DNA of 64,000 nt from Harriotta raleighana. Lineage: Eukaryota. The notes under the pieces were generated by a model. That model saw only the letters and a list, made by a program, of their open reading frames with translations, searched no databases and was not told the DNA's origin. This document shows, piece after piece, positions 54,096 to 64,000 of the stretch. Each line of letters opens with the position of its first letter. The stretch's first letter is position 1. The stretch spans positions 2,030,102 to 2,094,101 of the forward strand of contig JBNZDD010013624.1 of NCBI GenBank assembly GCA_050575255.1, written 5' to 3'. The position numbers and the translations under genes were made by a program.

Positions 54096-55039
54096 GGTGG
54101 GTGGGGGGAAGGAAGGAATGAAAGTGCTGACCCCAGACTCTCAAAGACGTATGTTTTCCTCTTCTCCCCACCACTCCCCACCACCCCTGCGTAGAGAGAA
54201 CAACCAGCAAAAATGCTAATGAAAACCATTTGACTGTCCAGGCCCTCTGGAATCTGAGCACATTCCAAGCTATTGAGCAGAGCCTCAGTTTGGCTGCTGT
54301 TACACCTGATTAAGATGAAATAACACAGGCCTGCCCAATGCTAGGGTATCACCCAGGGTTTGATTTAAAGTTTTGGCTTCAATCCTGCATACGTTAACTA
54401 ACCAAAAACAACATAATTTTTTGGGGGGAGTTGGTAGGGTGGGTAGAGGAGGCACGTTGTGGGGGGCTGCTGGTGGGGGTGGGTGGTTGGGGTGTGTTCT
54501 GCTTTGCGCAATTGGCTGCTATGTTCTGTGCTGTAGATTTTATGATTCTATAATTGAGTTCCCCCTGTGAAAGGAATCACTCCAGTACAAAAAATGAACT
54601 CGGAACTCGGCTCACTGCTTACAGATCTGCTGCAACGACATGTTCCCGCTCACAATAAGGATGTCTGCACCTCCCTTTGACATTGCACGGCATGAAAGTG
54701 TCTTTGGCTTGTGATTTGTGGTCAAATCTGGACACCACATAAAGAGACAGCGTGTTTTGTTTCAGTATCAATACCGTCGCAAAATCCGGCCTTCCTTCAA
54801 TGCCAACGTGGAATAGATTTTGAGCACATCTCTGCCCCCAGAGTCCCTGGAGATGGCGACTCGCTTTCCTTTCGAACAAGATCTCATCTTAAACAGACAA
54901 TTAATCTTGAAAAATGACCCTTTCCCCTTAAGCTAGGAGAGAAATCTCGGTTGGGTTCGATCAGAACAGAACACTTCAACTTTGCAATCTTTTTCCAAAT
55001 TGTCTCGTCTAAAGCCGCACAAGGTTCTACAACACTGTT

Positions 55040-55445
55040 ACAACAACAACAACAACAAAATTACACTTGCCTTGCGCTTTTCACGTCAGGAGGATGTACT
55101 AAGGCGCTGAACAGACCCAAGCTGGGGTTAGAGATGGGGAGTGTGGAGGGAAAGGAAGTGATTTGGGGTGCAGATGGGACTGTCGAAGAGGAGGGTCTTG
55201 AGGCGCGACTTGAAGCATGCCAGGAAGGGGGTGAGATGGAGTGAGGCACTGCGGGATAGAATTCCAGAGGTTAGGGGCAGAGTAGCTGAAGGCTCGCCCA
55301 CCAATGGAAGGGCGGCTGGGTCATGGGATGTGGAGCAGGCCAGACAAGTTGGTAGAGGTTTAGGAGGTCGCAGATGTAGGATGGCGGGGAGGCCATGAAG
55401 GGCTTTAAATGTGAGGACCAAGATCTTGAATTGGATTCTCTGTAA
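55040..55445 (-). mobile_element. L2 LINE 3' end
   Basis: LVLTFKALHGL...FKSRLKTLLFD remnant; (CAA)n plus tttcacgtcaggaggatg tail. Confidence 0.8.
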
Positions 55446-55599
55446 TCAATTCCACATTCTTTAGATTTGGGGCTCTCGGCTGGCGGAATTGTCCTGGCCT
55501 GCCAACATTTTTCGACTTCCTGAATTAACATTGACAAAACTATGCCCCGCACATCAATAGCTCCGTCAATGTGAACATTTATTTGACAATGAATCTTTG

Positions 55600-56098
55600 T
55601 GGGAGGCGGCTGTGCGCGATTGGCTGCCACAAAATATGCAGTCAATTCGCTTTACAGTACGTTTACTGAAGCGCTTTGAGACGCCTCAACGACGTGATAA
55701 GCTGCTATATCAAATAGAAAAATTATTATTATTATTCAATACAATGAACCGAGTTAGTTAGCAGAGCAATGTGGCATCCTACAGCTTAGTCGTTAGAGCA
55801 CTCGCCTTACAAGTGAGAGACCCCAGTTCAATTCCCGGGAGAGCGAAACCTTTGGCAAGTTTCCTTACTCCACATGCCTGATAATAATACCTCAGCAAAA
55901 AACAATAATAATAAATCATTTCAATCCACAACAGTTTGTGGGTCACTGCTGTGTGCAATTGGCTACAGTGTTTCACCCAAAAATATTTACAGTACAGTCC
56001 ACCCACTTTACAGCATAATCTGTGAAGCATTTTGAGACATCTAAAAGACGTGAAAAACGCTGTATCAAATGCAAGGATTATTATTATTATTATTATTA
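55600..56098 (+). mobile_element. Two tandem SINE copies (partial 55600-55735, full 55771-56098)
   Basis: Core plus tail, then head-core-tail. Confidence 0.85.
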
Positions 56099-56675
56099 AT
56101 GTTACCTTGGTAAGGCCTCACACTCTTAGGATCAGAGAACCAAACCAATAAAAAAAAAACTGCTCAATAATTTACAGAATGTAGTCGATTCATAAAGCTC
56201 AATAAACGTAAACCGCATATAAAGAAAACATTCATGCGGGCTCTATAATGTCCTTTCCTTTGGAAGAAACAGAGTAGAGCTCTGTGCTAATGGCATATAG
56301 ATTTCTTAGCTGGATTCCAGGGTAACGTGATACTCTGATGCAATGGAGGGAATTTTTACTGGGGTCTGCTGCGTTTGTTAGGGATTTAGTAATCTTTCGG
56401 ATATACAGGATGGTGGTGATAAGGGGTAATGCAATGTGCAGGGAGCCATCAGAGGGATATTCTATGTCTCTGCAAATGCAGAGTGCACTGCACAAGGGCA
56501 ATAAAAAGGCCAAACATACAGCGTTTTAAGTCCATCAAACGTTCTGCCATTCTCTTGGCACGCACAGTTTTCTTTTTACTGCCTTTCCTCACGCATTTCT
56601 TAACTTCTTAGATGATAAGTCGTGCATTACTTGGCTAGGAAATGCTGCACAAATCGACTCCTATGGTGTATTAGT

Positions 56676-57058
56676 TAGAATAATATAATAATCCTTGCAT
56701 TCGATATAGCTCCTTTCACATCTTATCAACATCTCAAAGCGCTTCACAGAATATACTGTAAAGTTAATTGACTGTACATTTATGGGCGAATGTAGTCACC
56801 TCCCAAGCGAGAAGACTTGAGTTTGAGTCCTGGGCAGGGCAAAATCTTGTTTACAAGTTTGTTTACTCCACATGCCAAAAAAAAAATGTGTTCACTTCAA
56901 TCCACGACACTTTTTGAACAGAGCACACAACAACTGTGTGCAATTGGCTGCCACATTTCTCCCACAAAATACTCTTATTGTGTAATCTGTGAATCCCTTT
57001 GAGACGTCTCAACAATGTGATAAGGCATTATATCAACTGCAGGGATTATTATTATTAT
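56676..57058. mobile_element. Back-to-back SINE copies (- partial 56676-56790, + 56795-57058)
   Basis: SINE tail present in both orientations. Confidence 0.75.
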
Positions 57059-57361
57059 AACCTACAAAATTACACAGTCACTATACTTTGCGAAGAACAA
57101 GGAATGCGTGAAGCAAAGACTATTTCAAAGGCAATTGAGGAGAAACTTCATAAAAGGCTGAGGGAAAAGAGCAGGCAATTGGGATTGAAATATCCAGCTT
57201 CAACAACCACTTACAACAACTTACATTTATACAGTGTCTTTCATACAGGGCAGGGTCTTAAGAGACCTTAAGAGTGCTGGGCAGGTGGGCAGCAGATTAC
57301 ACAGTGCATGACATATCCACTGGAGGGCATTAATGACTCATTTGTTGGCACCAGTGAATTT

Positions 57362-57530
57362 AATACTGTAATACTAATCCTGGCATTGATACAGTACCTT
57401 TTCACGCCTTCAAGACATCTCAAAGAGCCTCACAGAATACACTGGCAAGTGAATTGACTGTATATTTTGTTGGGTGAAACACAGCAGCCAATTGAGTGTG
57501 CCACAAGCAGTCATGATTGAGTGACCAAAT
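57362..57530 (-). mobile_element. SINE 3' half
   Basis: Tail and core. Confidence 0.7.
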
Positions 57531-58274
57531 TTGCATCACCTTCGCCCTGTCCCAACCCCACCTCAGCCCACCCTCCAACGAAGCACCCAGAAAATAGATT
57601 TTGGTAAGAGCCAGAGTTGGAAGGATTTGAAGAGCCCCAAATAAATAAAACCTACAACCTTTTATAGCTCTTTAGAGATTTTTTTTTGGAAACGCAAGAC
57701 CAAGTTTGGGAGGAATTGCAGATGGCTAATGAGCAGCAGGTGTGCTTTTTCCACCTTTCGCTGCCAAAAGAAACACATAAATATTTTCACTAAGTGGCGC
57801 TTTCCCGCTTTGCTCTCGTGACTCGGACTGCAATTGGAAAAGGCGATAAAAGTGATTTATAATTTACATTTAGTTCGTGCTCATTTTTTGTTTGCAGAGA
57901 GGAAGCAGCACTCCAGTTTGTTCAAGAAGCTGGTGGGACGTCACTTCAGCGTTTTACTGTCGAACCTTTGGTTACTCATATTGTATTTATACACACAGTG
58001 GATTCCCACCCTCCCTCTCCTCCAATAAAGCGTTTTGATTGGATCGCTCACCTCACAAGTGAGATGACCCTGGTGGGGCGAAACCTTAGGCAAATTTCCT
58101 TACTCTACAGCCTCTGTTTCCCAAGCAGTAAGCAGGAACCCCGTTGCTAGTTGCTTGGTGGATCACTTTCCAGGAGTAATAAATCTTCGCCTTCTCCTAT
58201 CCAAAACGTTATAGGACTCCACATAGATGGTACGTAGAATATGGACCCGTGTGCAACTCTTACCGGCAAAGGAC

Positions 58275-58400
58275 TGAATTCTGACGAAGGGTTGTCGACC
58301 CGAAAAGTTGACCCGCTTTCCTTTCTCCATAGATGCTGCCTGACCTGCTGAGTATTCCCAGCGATTTCTGTTTTTGTTTCAGACTTCCGGCATCCTGCAT
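58275..58400 (+). mobile_element. Penelope-like element terminal (pLTR) fragment with hammerhead-like motif
   Basis: ctgacgaagggttgtcgacccgaaa..ctccatagatgctgcctgacctgctgagtattcccagc..tttctgtttttgtttcaga, recalled as a common chondrichthyan repeat end; not searched. Confidence 0.7.
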
Positions 58401-58777
58401 TATTTTGCGTTTTACTTCTATAATTAACAGGCGCTGGGTGTAACTTGAGGCCAGGTTATAAACAGGTGGAAGAAATCAAAGGAGGCATTCATACAAAGAA
58501 GATGCTTCCTTATATTCAACAGCACGATAAGGCGCTACGTCAAATGCAAGGATTATTATCTACATTGTAAACCTTGTCCTCCAGGGAGCACAAAGTGAAG
58601 CTTTCACGTCTCCAGAAGCATCACTCCCACGTCAGAGAATTAAAATCTAGCCAACAGTGACACCCAGCGCCTGAGGTGCTTTTTGTCCTCCCACCTAGTT
58701 CTCTTCCTCATGCCTCGATCTATTCCACACCTTAAATGACTGCTGAACGAACGAGCAGGTCGAGGATGGAAAACACT

Positions 58778-58950
58778 AATAATAATAATTATAATGATAA
58801 GAATAATCCTTGCATTTGATTTAGCACATCTTGATACGCTGCACAGTATATACAGTAAAGTGGATTGACTGTGTATTTTGTGAGTGAAACTAGGCCACTA
58901 CAATTGCGACAGCAGTTTCCTACAAACACATATGAAATGAGTGACCAAAT
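58778..58950 (-). mobile_element. SINE 3' half
   Basis: (AAT)n aatccttgcatttgat tail and core. Confidence 0.7.
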
Positions 58951-59034
58951 TTATCTGGGGTATTGTTGGCCATGACACCAGGAGCAAGAAACTCCCATCT
59001 CTTTTTGAATAGTGCCACGGGATGTTTTAACGTC

Positions 59035-59910
59035 AATCAATCAATCAAAATTTTATTTATATAGCGCCTTTCACGTCGGGAGGACGTCCCAAAGCGCTGT
59101 ACAGCCAAGTAGGGGGGGAGGGCTCAGGGAAAGGAGTAGGAAAAATTGACTGTATATTTGTGGGCGAAACGCGGCAGCCAAATTGCGCACAGCAGTGTCC
59201 CACAAACACACACAGAAATGGGGGAAAAAAGGGGGGAATAAATGGCAAGGGGGAGAAATGGAGGGAAAAGCGGGGTGGGGTAAAATCAGGGAAGGGGGGG
59301 AGAAAGGGGGACAAGGGGGAAATCAGGGAGGGCAAAGAGGGAGAAATGTTGGCAAGGGGGAAGAGGGAGGGAAGGGTGGGTAGGAGGCAAAACCAGGGAG
59401 AAAGGGGGGTAAGGGGAAAGAGGGAGGAAAGGGAGAGGGAAGGAGAAGAATAAAAAGGGGGAAAAATCAGGGGGCAGGGGGAGTTTAAACAACAACAAAC
59501 AACATCAACAATAATAAACCAAAAAGTAAATAACAATCAACAATAATAAAGAAACACAACAACAACAATAGAAAACACAACAACAACAATTAATGACTGT
59601 CCAGCCCCCGCTCCCTGTCCTTGCCGCCCGCCCGGACCATCTCCAGAAAGGCGGGAACCAGGTCATCGATGGCACTGGCCGATCCCTCTCCTCCCCACTG
59701 GGACGCTGGGTGCTCCCGGCCCTCCTCCTCCCGCTCCACCGCACACATCCGTCATCCACCCAGGATCGTGTCCTCGACTCTCAGGCCAATGACCCCGCCA
59801 CTCAGGCCTGTGTCCCCGCCGCTCCAGCTCCACGGCCGCCAGTCCCTGGGTCGAGTCACCGGGCCTGTGCGGCTCCGGCTCAGCCACAGTCCGAGCCCGA
59901 CTCCATCCTC
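59035..59910 (-). mobile_element. Composite retroposon (GC-rich segment, (TTG)n, pyrimidine tract, Deu-like core, L2-type tail) inserted in an older SINE
   Basis: Shares tail and core with the 42404 copy; the flanks at 58955-59034 and 59915-59955 resemble consecutive parts of the SacSINE1-like family. Confidence 0.7.
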
Positions 59911-60675
59911 GAGCTGAACACATCCTTGGTTTAATATCTGATCTGAAGAACAGTTTAACGTCTTGTCTGAAGGTAGGGTGGTGAGCTCAGCACCCACCAT
60001 GCCGATTGACCACAACCAAAAAATGCCGTTATTTGTGAGCGATCTTGCCCCGCTACCAAAACAGGTGTCAGCTCAGATGCAAGGCAGTGAGTTAGCCAGA
60101 ATGCCCCATATCAATAAACTGGGCAAAGTGTTGGTGGCTCAGCTTTAATTATACAGCATTTCATTCTACGGTAAGCAGTATACGACAGGTATAAGCTAGC
60201 CACACCTCAAAGTTGCTGTGATTTACAAAGCTACATTACTGAGGTCGTAGTGTTGTTCACTGAACTCAGTCTGTGTTTCAATGTGAATTGTTAGAAATGT
60301 CATTGGTGAGTGCAGTCCTTGGCAACCTGTTAAGATTTAAAAAAAAAGTTATTGAAGAAGAAACTAGTTGCAAATACAATAAAGAAAAGAAAGCCAGACC
60401 TAGTGTCTTGATTTAAACCCGGATTGGAACTGCAAGTAATTATCAGTAGCAGATAATAATAATCCCTTGTGTTTGAAACAGGGCCTTTCCTGTTGGAAGA
60501 ACATCTCAAAGCACTTCACTGATTTTACCATGACTTGTAGTGACTGTTTTGATGTTGTATGTCTGAGAAGAAATAATAATAATAATAAAATAATAATAAT
60601 AATCAGGGAATTTGCACTTTGAGATGCCTTGAAGACATGAAAAGCACTATATCAAATGCAAGGATTATTATTATC

Positions 60676-61200
60676 TACCACTGCCTCACCCCTCAGGCTG
60701 CTGAAACCCTCATCCATGCATTCATCACTCCCTCCTCATTGGCCTTCCCGGCTCTTCTCTTCACCAGCTGCAGATCATCCAGAACTCTGCAGCTTGTGTC
60801 CTCTCCTGAACTAGGCTCCGCGACTATATCACTCCCACCCTAGCCTGGCTCCATTGGCTCCCCATCCCCTAGGATCAAATTCAAGTTCTTCGTTCTCACT
60901 TTCAAGGCCATTCATGCCCTTGCCCTTCCTAACTCTATGACCTGCTGACTACTGATCAATCTGCCCGCACCCTCCCTAAAATCGGTGGCCGGGCTTTCAG
61001 CCTCTCTGCCCCCACACTCTGGAACTCCATCCCACAATCCCTTCGCCTTGCTTCCTCTCTTGACTCCTTAAAGGCCGGTCTCAAGACCCTCCTGTTCGAC
61101 CATGCTTTCTGCCACCCTCCGACCTCTCTCCCTCTGACTCCTGACTGTTCAGGGCCTTAGGACATTCTCCCGATGTGAAAATGTAATTTTGTAGTTGTAT
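60676..61200 (+). mobile_element. L2 LINE 3' end
   Basis: CLTPQAAETLIHAFIT, LHWLP, KTLLFDHAF remnants and L2 tail. Confidence 0.8.
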
Positions 61201-61460
61201 TATTATTACATAGCGCCTCATGAGGTTCTGAGGAGTTAAAGCACTTCGCAGAAAATACTGTCATGGGCATTGATCGTGTGTCCAGCCGAGACACTGCAGT
61301 CAGTTATGTACAACAGTGCCCCACAAACCATCGTGGATTGAGTGACCAAATATTTTTCATTGATGGATTATTACCCCCAGAAAATTATTCGCTGATCAAC
61401 TAACAATTTAATTCCTACTCACTGCTCAACAAACAGAAGCGATGGAGCTACGAAACTTGG
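61200..61460 (-). mobile_element. Diverged SINE
   Basis: cccacaaac..gtggattgagtgaccaaat body. Confidence 0.6.
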
Positions 61461-63051
61461 TTTCTCTCCGCGACCGACCAAAACACAAAAACCCCTTACA
61501 ATATCCCGGTTCGTTACTGACATTTTATCAAGCCTTCTAACCCTTAATTACTTTATTCAACAAAAGTGCAAAAATGCTTTCCAGTAGATGGAAACCCATC
61601 ACCATGTGTGGGCTAAAGGGAGTCCGACCCCATATCCTAGGTGGCATAGGACCAGCGTGTTACTCTGTCAATCACACATTTGAAGGCAGCACACTTGGGT
61701 GGAATCAGATAGCATCCAAGTTACTTAATTATCAAACGATTGAGCTTGGAGGTAAAGGTCTGTGTGTATGTGTGTGTGTGTATATATGTGTGTGTGTGTG
61801 ATGGGGAATGGTAGGGGGGGAAATGAAATACTTTTGGTACAGCATTTTTATTGTTCTGAGAATTTGCCAAACACGGAGCATTTTAAGTCCCTCCTCCTCT
61901 CTGTCTGGCTGGAGTAATGAAGACGTTTCCTGAAGCTGGTATTAGAAAGCTTAGAGATAATAATTCCCAAAGGGGCTCAACATTCAGTTGGGATCAGTCC
62001 ATAATTGAACCAGTTGTTTGGTGTTCCAACACTGGTTGAAGGGAAAAATGGTTAGAGTTATCCATATTTGGTTTAACTTTAGCACCTTGAGATGTCTAAA
62101 CAGCATGGGAAGATGATATATAAAATGCAAGGATTATTATTATATTATTATATACGATATTGTATAACTTTATTATTCTATGGTTAAACTTTGTATTAGT
62201 CATGGCTTGACTAATACAAGCCACGACTATACAAACGTAATTTTTGTTGTTTAGGAACCAAACTGGAGATTAAACCCCTCAAAAAGGAGTTTTATTTACA
62301 ATAATCCTTATACAATATATGGCACAGCACATTTCACATCAGAAGGACATCTCAAATCGCTGCGCAGAATATATTGTAACTTGAATTGGCTGTGCAATTT
62401 GTGGACGACACACGCAAAATTGTCGGGCAGATTGGTTGTTGCAATGAGCCTGTATTCCTAGGTGACATTTTGACAATTCTCTGCAAGCGCTCAGATGCAT
62501 ACCTCTAACCTTTGCTGAGAAATCCCTCCTCTCCCCATCCCCTACCCTTCCCCTCTTCCCTACCTCCCCTCTCACTCATTCCCTCCCTCCTTCCCCCTCC
62601 TCCTTTCACTTCAGCTCGTTGTACTTGAACTTCTAACTTGAGCACATCAGTCTCATCAGAAAACATCTTGAAGAGGCTGAGTTTGGGATAAATAATCGCT
62701 TTGTGTGTTACCAGGCCTGAGCTTCCTCCTGCAATGACTTTGACTAAGTATTTATTTTTATTAGTCCCCAGAGCTTTCCAATTTGGAGGTATTTATTTCC
62801 TAGGCAAGCTGCAGTCTATTAACAATAACTTTGTCCGCTAATCTGTTTTCCATTTATCCGTTCCAGCAGAGGGCTTGCCCTGGCCAAATTAACTTTTTTT
62901 TTCTTTTTTCCGTCTCGCACACTGAAGCTTTCTGTCACTCCTCTGTACCTGCCTTTAACTCCTTCCAGGCAACACATGCGTGAGCTCAAAGAGCATCTTA
63001 GGATCAATCGCCTGCCTCAACTTTGTGCGAACGGCTTTGATAAACCTGGAG

Positions 63052-63320
63052 GTGGAGTCCCGTAATGCAGTGGTTAGGACACTCGCCTCGCAAGTGAGAG
63101 GACCTGGGTTTGATTCCCGAGCGAGGCAAAACCTCACTCCACACACCTTTATTTACCAAGCAGCAAGCAGGAACTCAATTATTAACTGATTGGCAGGTTG
63201 CTTTCCGGGGGGTAATAAAACAAAAAATGCCGTTAATAATATGGTGACTCAATCCAAGACTGGATGTGGCTGCCATGTAAATGGGCTGCCATCACTTTAC
63301 AGCATATTCTCTCGTCAGCA
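63052..63320 (+). mobile_element. Diverged SINE with tRNA-like head
   Basis: gtggagtcccgtaatgcagtggttaggacactcgcctcgcaagtgagaggacctgggtttgattccc followed by SINE body. Confidence 0.75.
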
Positions 63321-63759
63321 TGGTGATGGGTCTCCGCATGTCAGACACCCGGCTGGCCACCGAAAACGCAGTCAATCCAGTTAAATCGAAGTTGTTGTTG
63401 TTGTAAAAAGACCTTATATGTTCTCTCCACTTATAAAGCATGGCAGAGAGGGATTTTTTTTGTGATGCTGAAACATGACTTTGAGGAAACAACTCATTAC
63501 CATTTACAAAGGACCACGTGATTGAGAGAGAGACAGAGAGCGAGGGGAAGGGATTCCTTCGTGAGACAGCTTGCCTTCACCATTGCCCTCCTTAACCTTG
63601 CCTGTGGCAACCTTGCATTTCGTTGTGTTTATAATGCAAACAATCCCAGCAAAAACAGTCTTTTGAAGCTTAAGTAACATGTAATTGTAGATAGAATAAC
63701 TCAAGCACTGATCGAGTAGGTTATTGGAACTGACTGAAAGTTGGGCTGAGCAAACGTGT

Positions 63760-63892
63760 TGAGAAATAGGAACATAAACAGGAGGAAGCCATTCAGCCCT
63801 TAGAGCCTGTTCTGCCATTCTATTAGATCATGGCTGATCTGTACCTCAACTCCAAATATTCGCCTTTGCCCCATATCCCTTGATACCCTAAC
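63760..63892 (-). mobile_element. CR1-type LINE 3' end
   Basis: aggaggaagccattcagcccttagagcctgttctgccattc..agatcatggctgatctgtacctcaactcc. Confidence 0.75.
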
Positions 63893-64000
63893 CTTACAAG
63901 CAATGATGAAGAGGAAGGTCTTCAGGCATGATCTGAAAATGTGGAATGAAAGAGCGGGCAAGGCAAAGGAATTGAGGGAGAAAGTTCCAAAGTTTCAGGG

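Noticed and set aside
63052-63125. tRNA-like sequences (also at 6350-6431, 46382-46450, 48192-48260, 55771-55840)
   Set aside because: A and B boxes are present but there is no proper acceptor stem, and each runs into the same repeat body. They are SINE heads, not tRNA genes.
46000-63400. Recurring short motif (atatcaaatgcaaggattattatt) as a CRISPR-like or regular array
   Set aside because: Irregular spacing, both orientations, and always a SINE tail in a eukaryotic genome.

Overview
This is vertebrate nuclear DNA, not prokaryotic. The repeat content (CR1 and L2 LINEs, tRNA-headed Deu-domain-like SINEs, a Penelope-type terminus) suggests a cartilaginous fish, possibly a chimaera; that is inference. 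The one protein-coding gene is RBM19 (nucleolar multi-RRM 40S biogenesis factor, MRD1 orthologue) on the minus strand. I assembled 21 coding exons by hand from ATG 45730 down to 14402. All introns are GT-AG, all phases are compatible, and the total is 2522 nt (840 codons + 2 nt). The remaining 3' exons were not found, so 1-14401 is read as part of the large intron 21. A CpG-rich promoter with three CACGTG E-boxes lies at about 45400-45930, and 46-64 kb is repeat-dense intergenic DNA. The most unusual items are: a perfect 38-bp palindrome (11735-11814); a 102-bp intronic inverted repeat whose four transitions all become G-U pairs on the RBM19 sense strand; a LINE-like composite retroposon carrying the SINE Deu-like core; a degenerate Penelope-type hammerhead ribozyme; and several strong CTCF motifs. 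I found no convincing new protein-coding system. Repeat boundaries are approximate; exon boundaries were read to the base.
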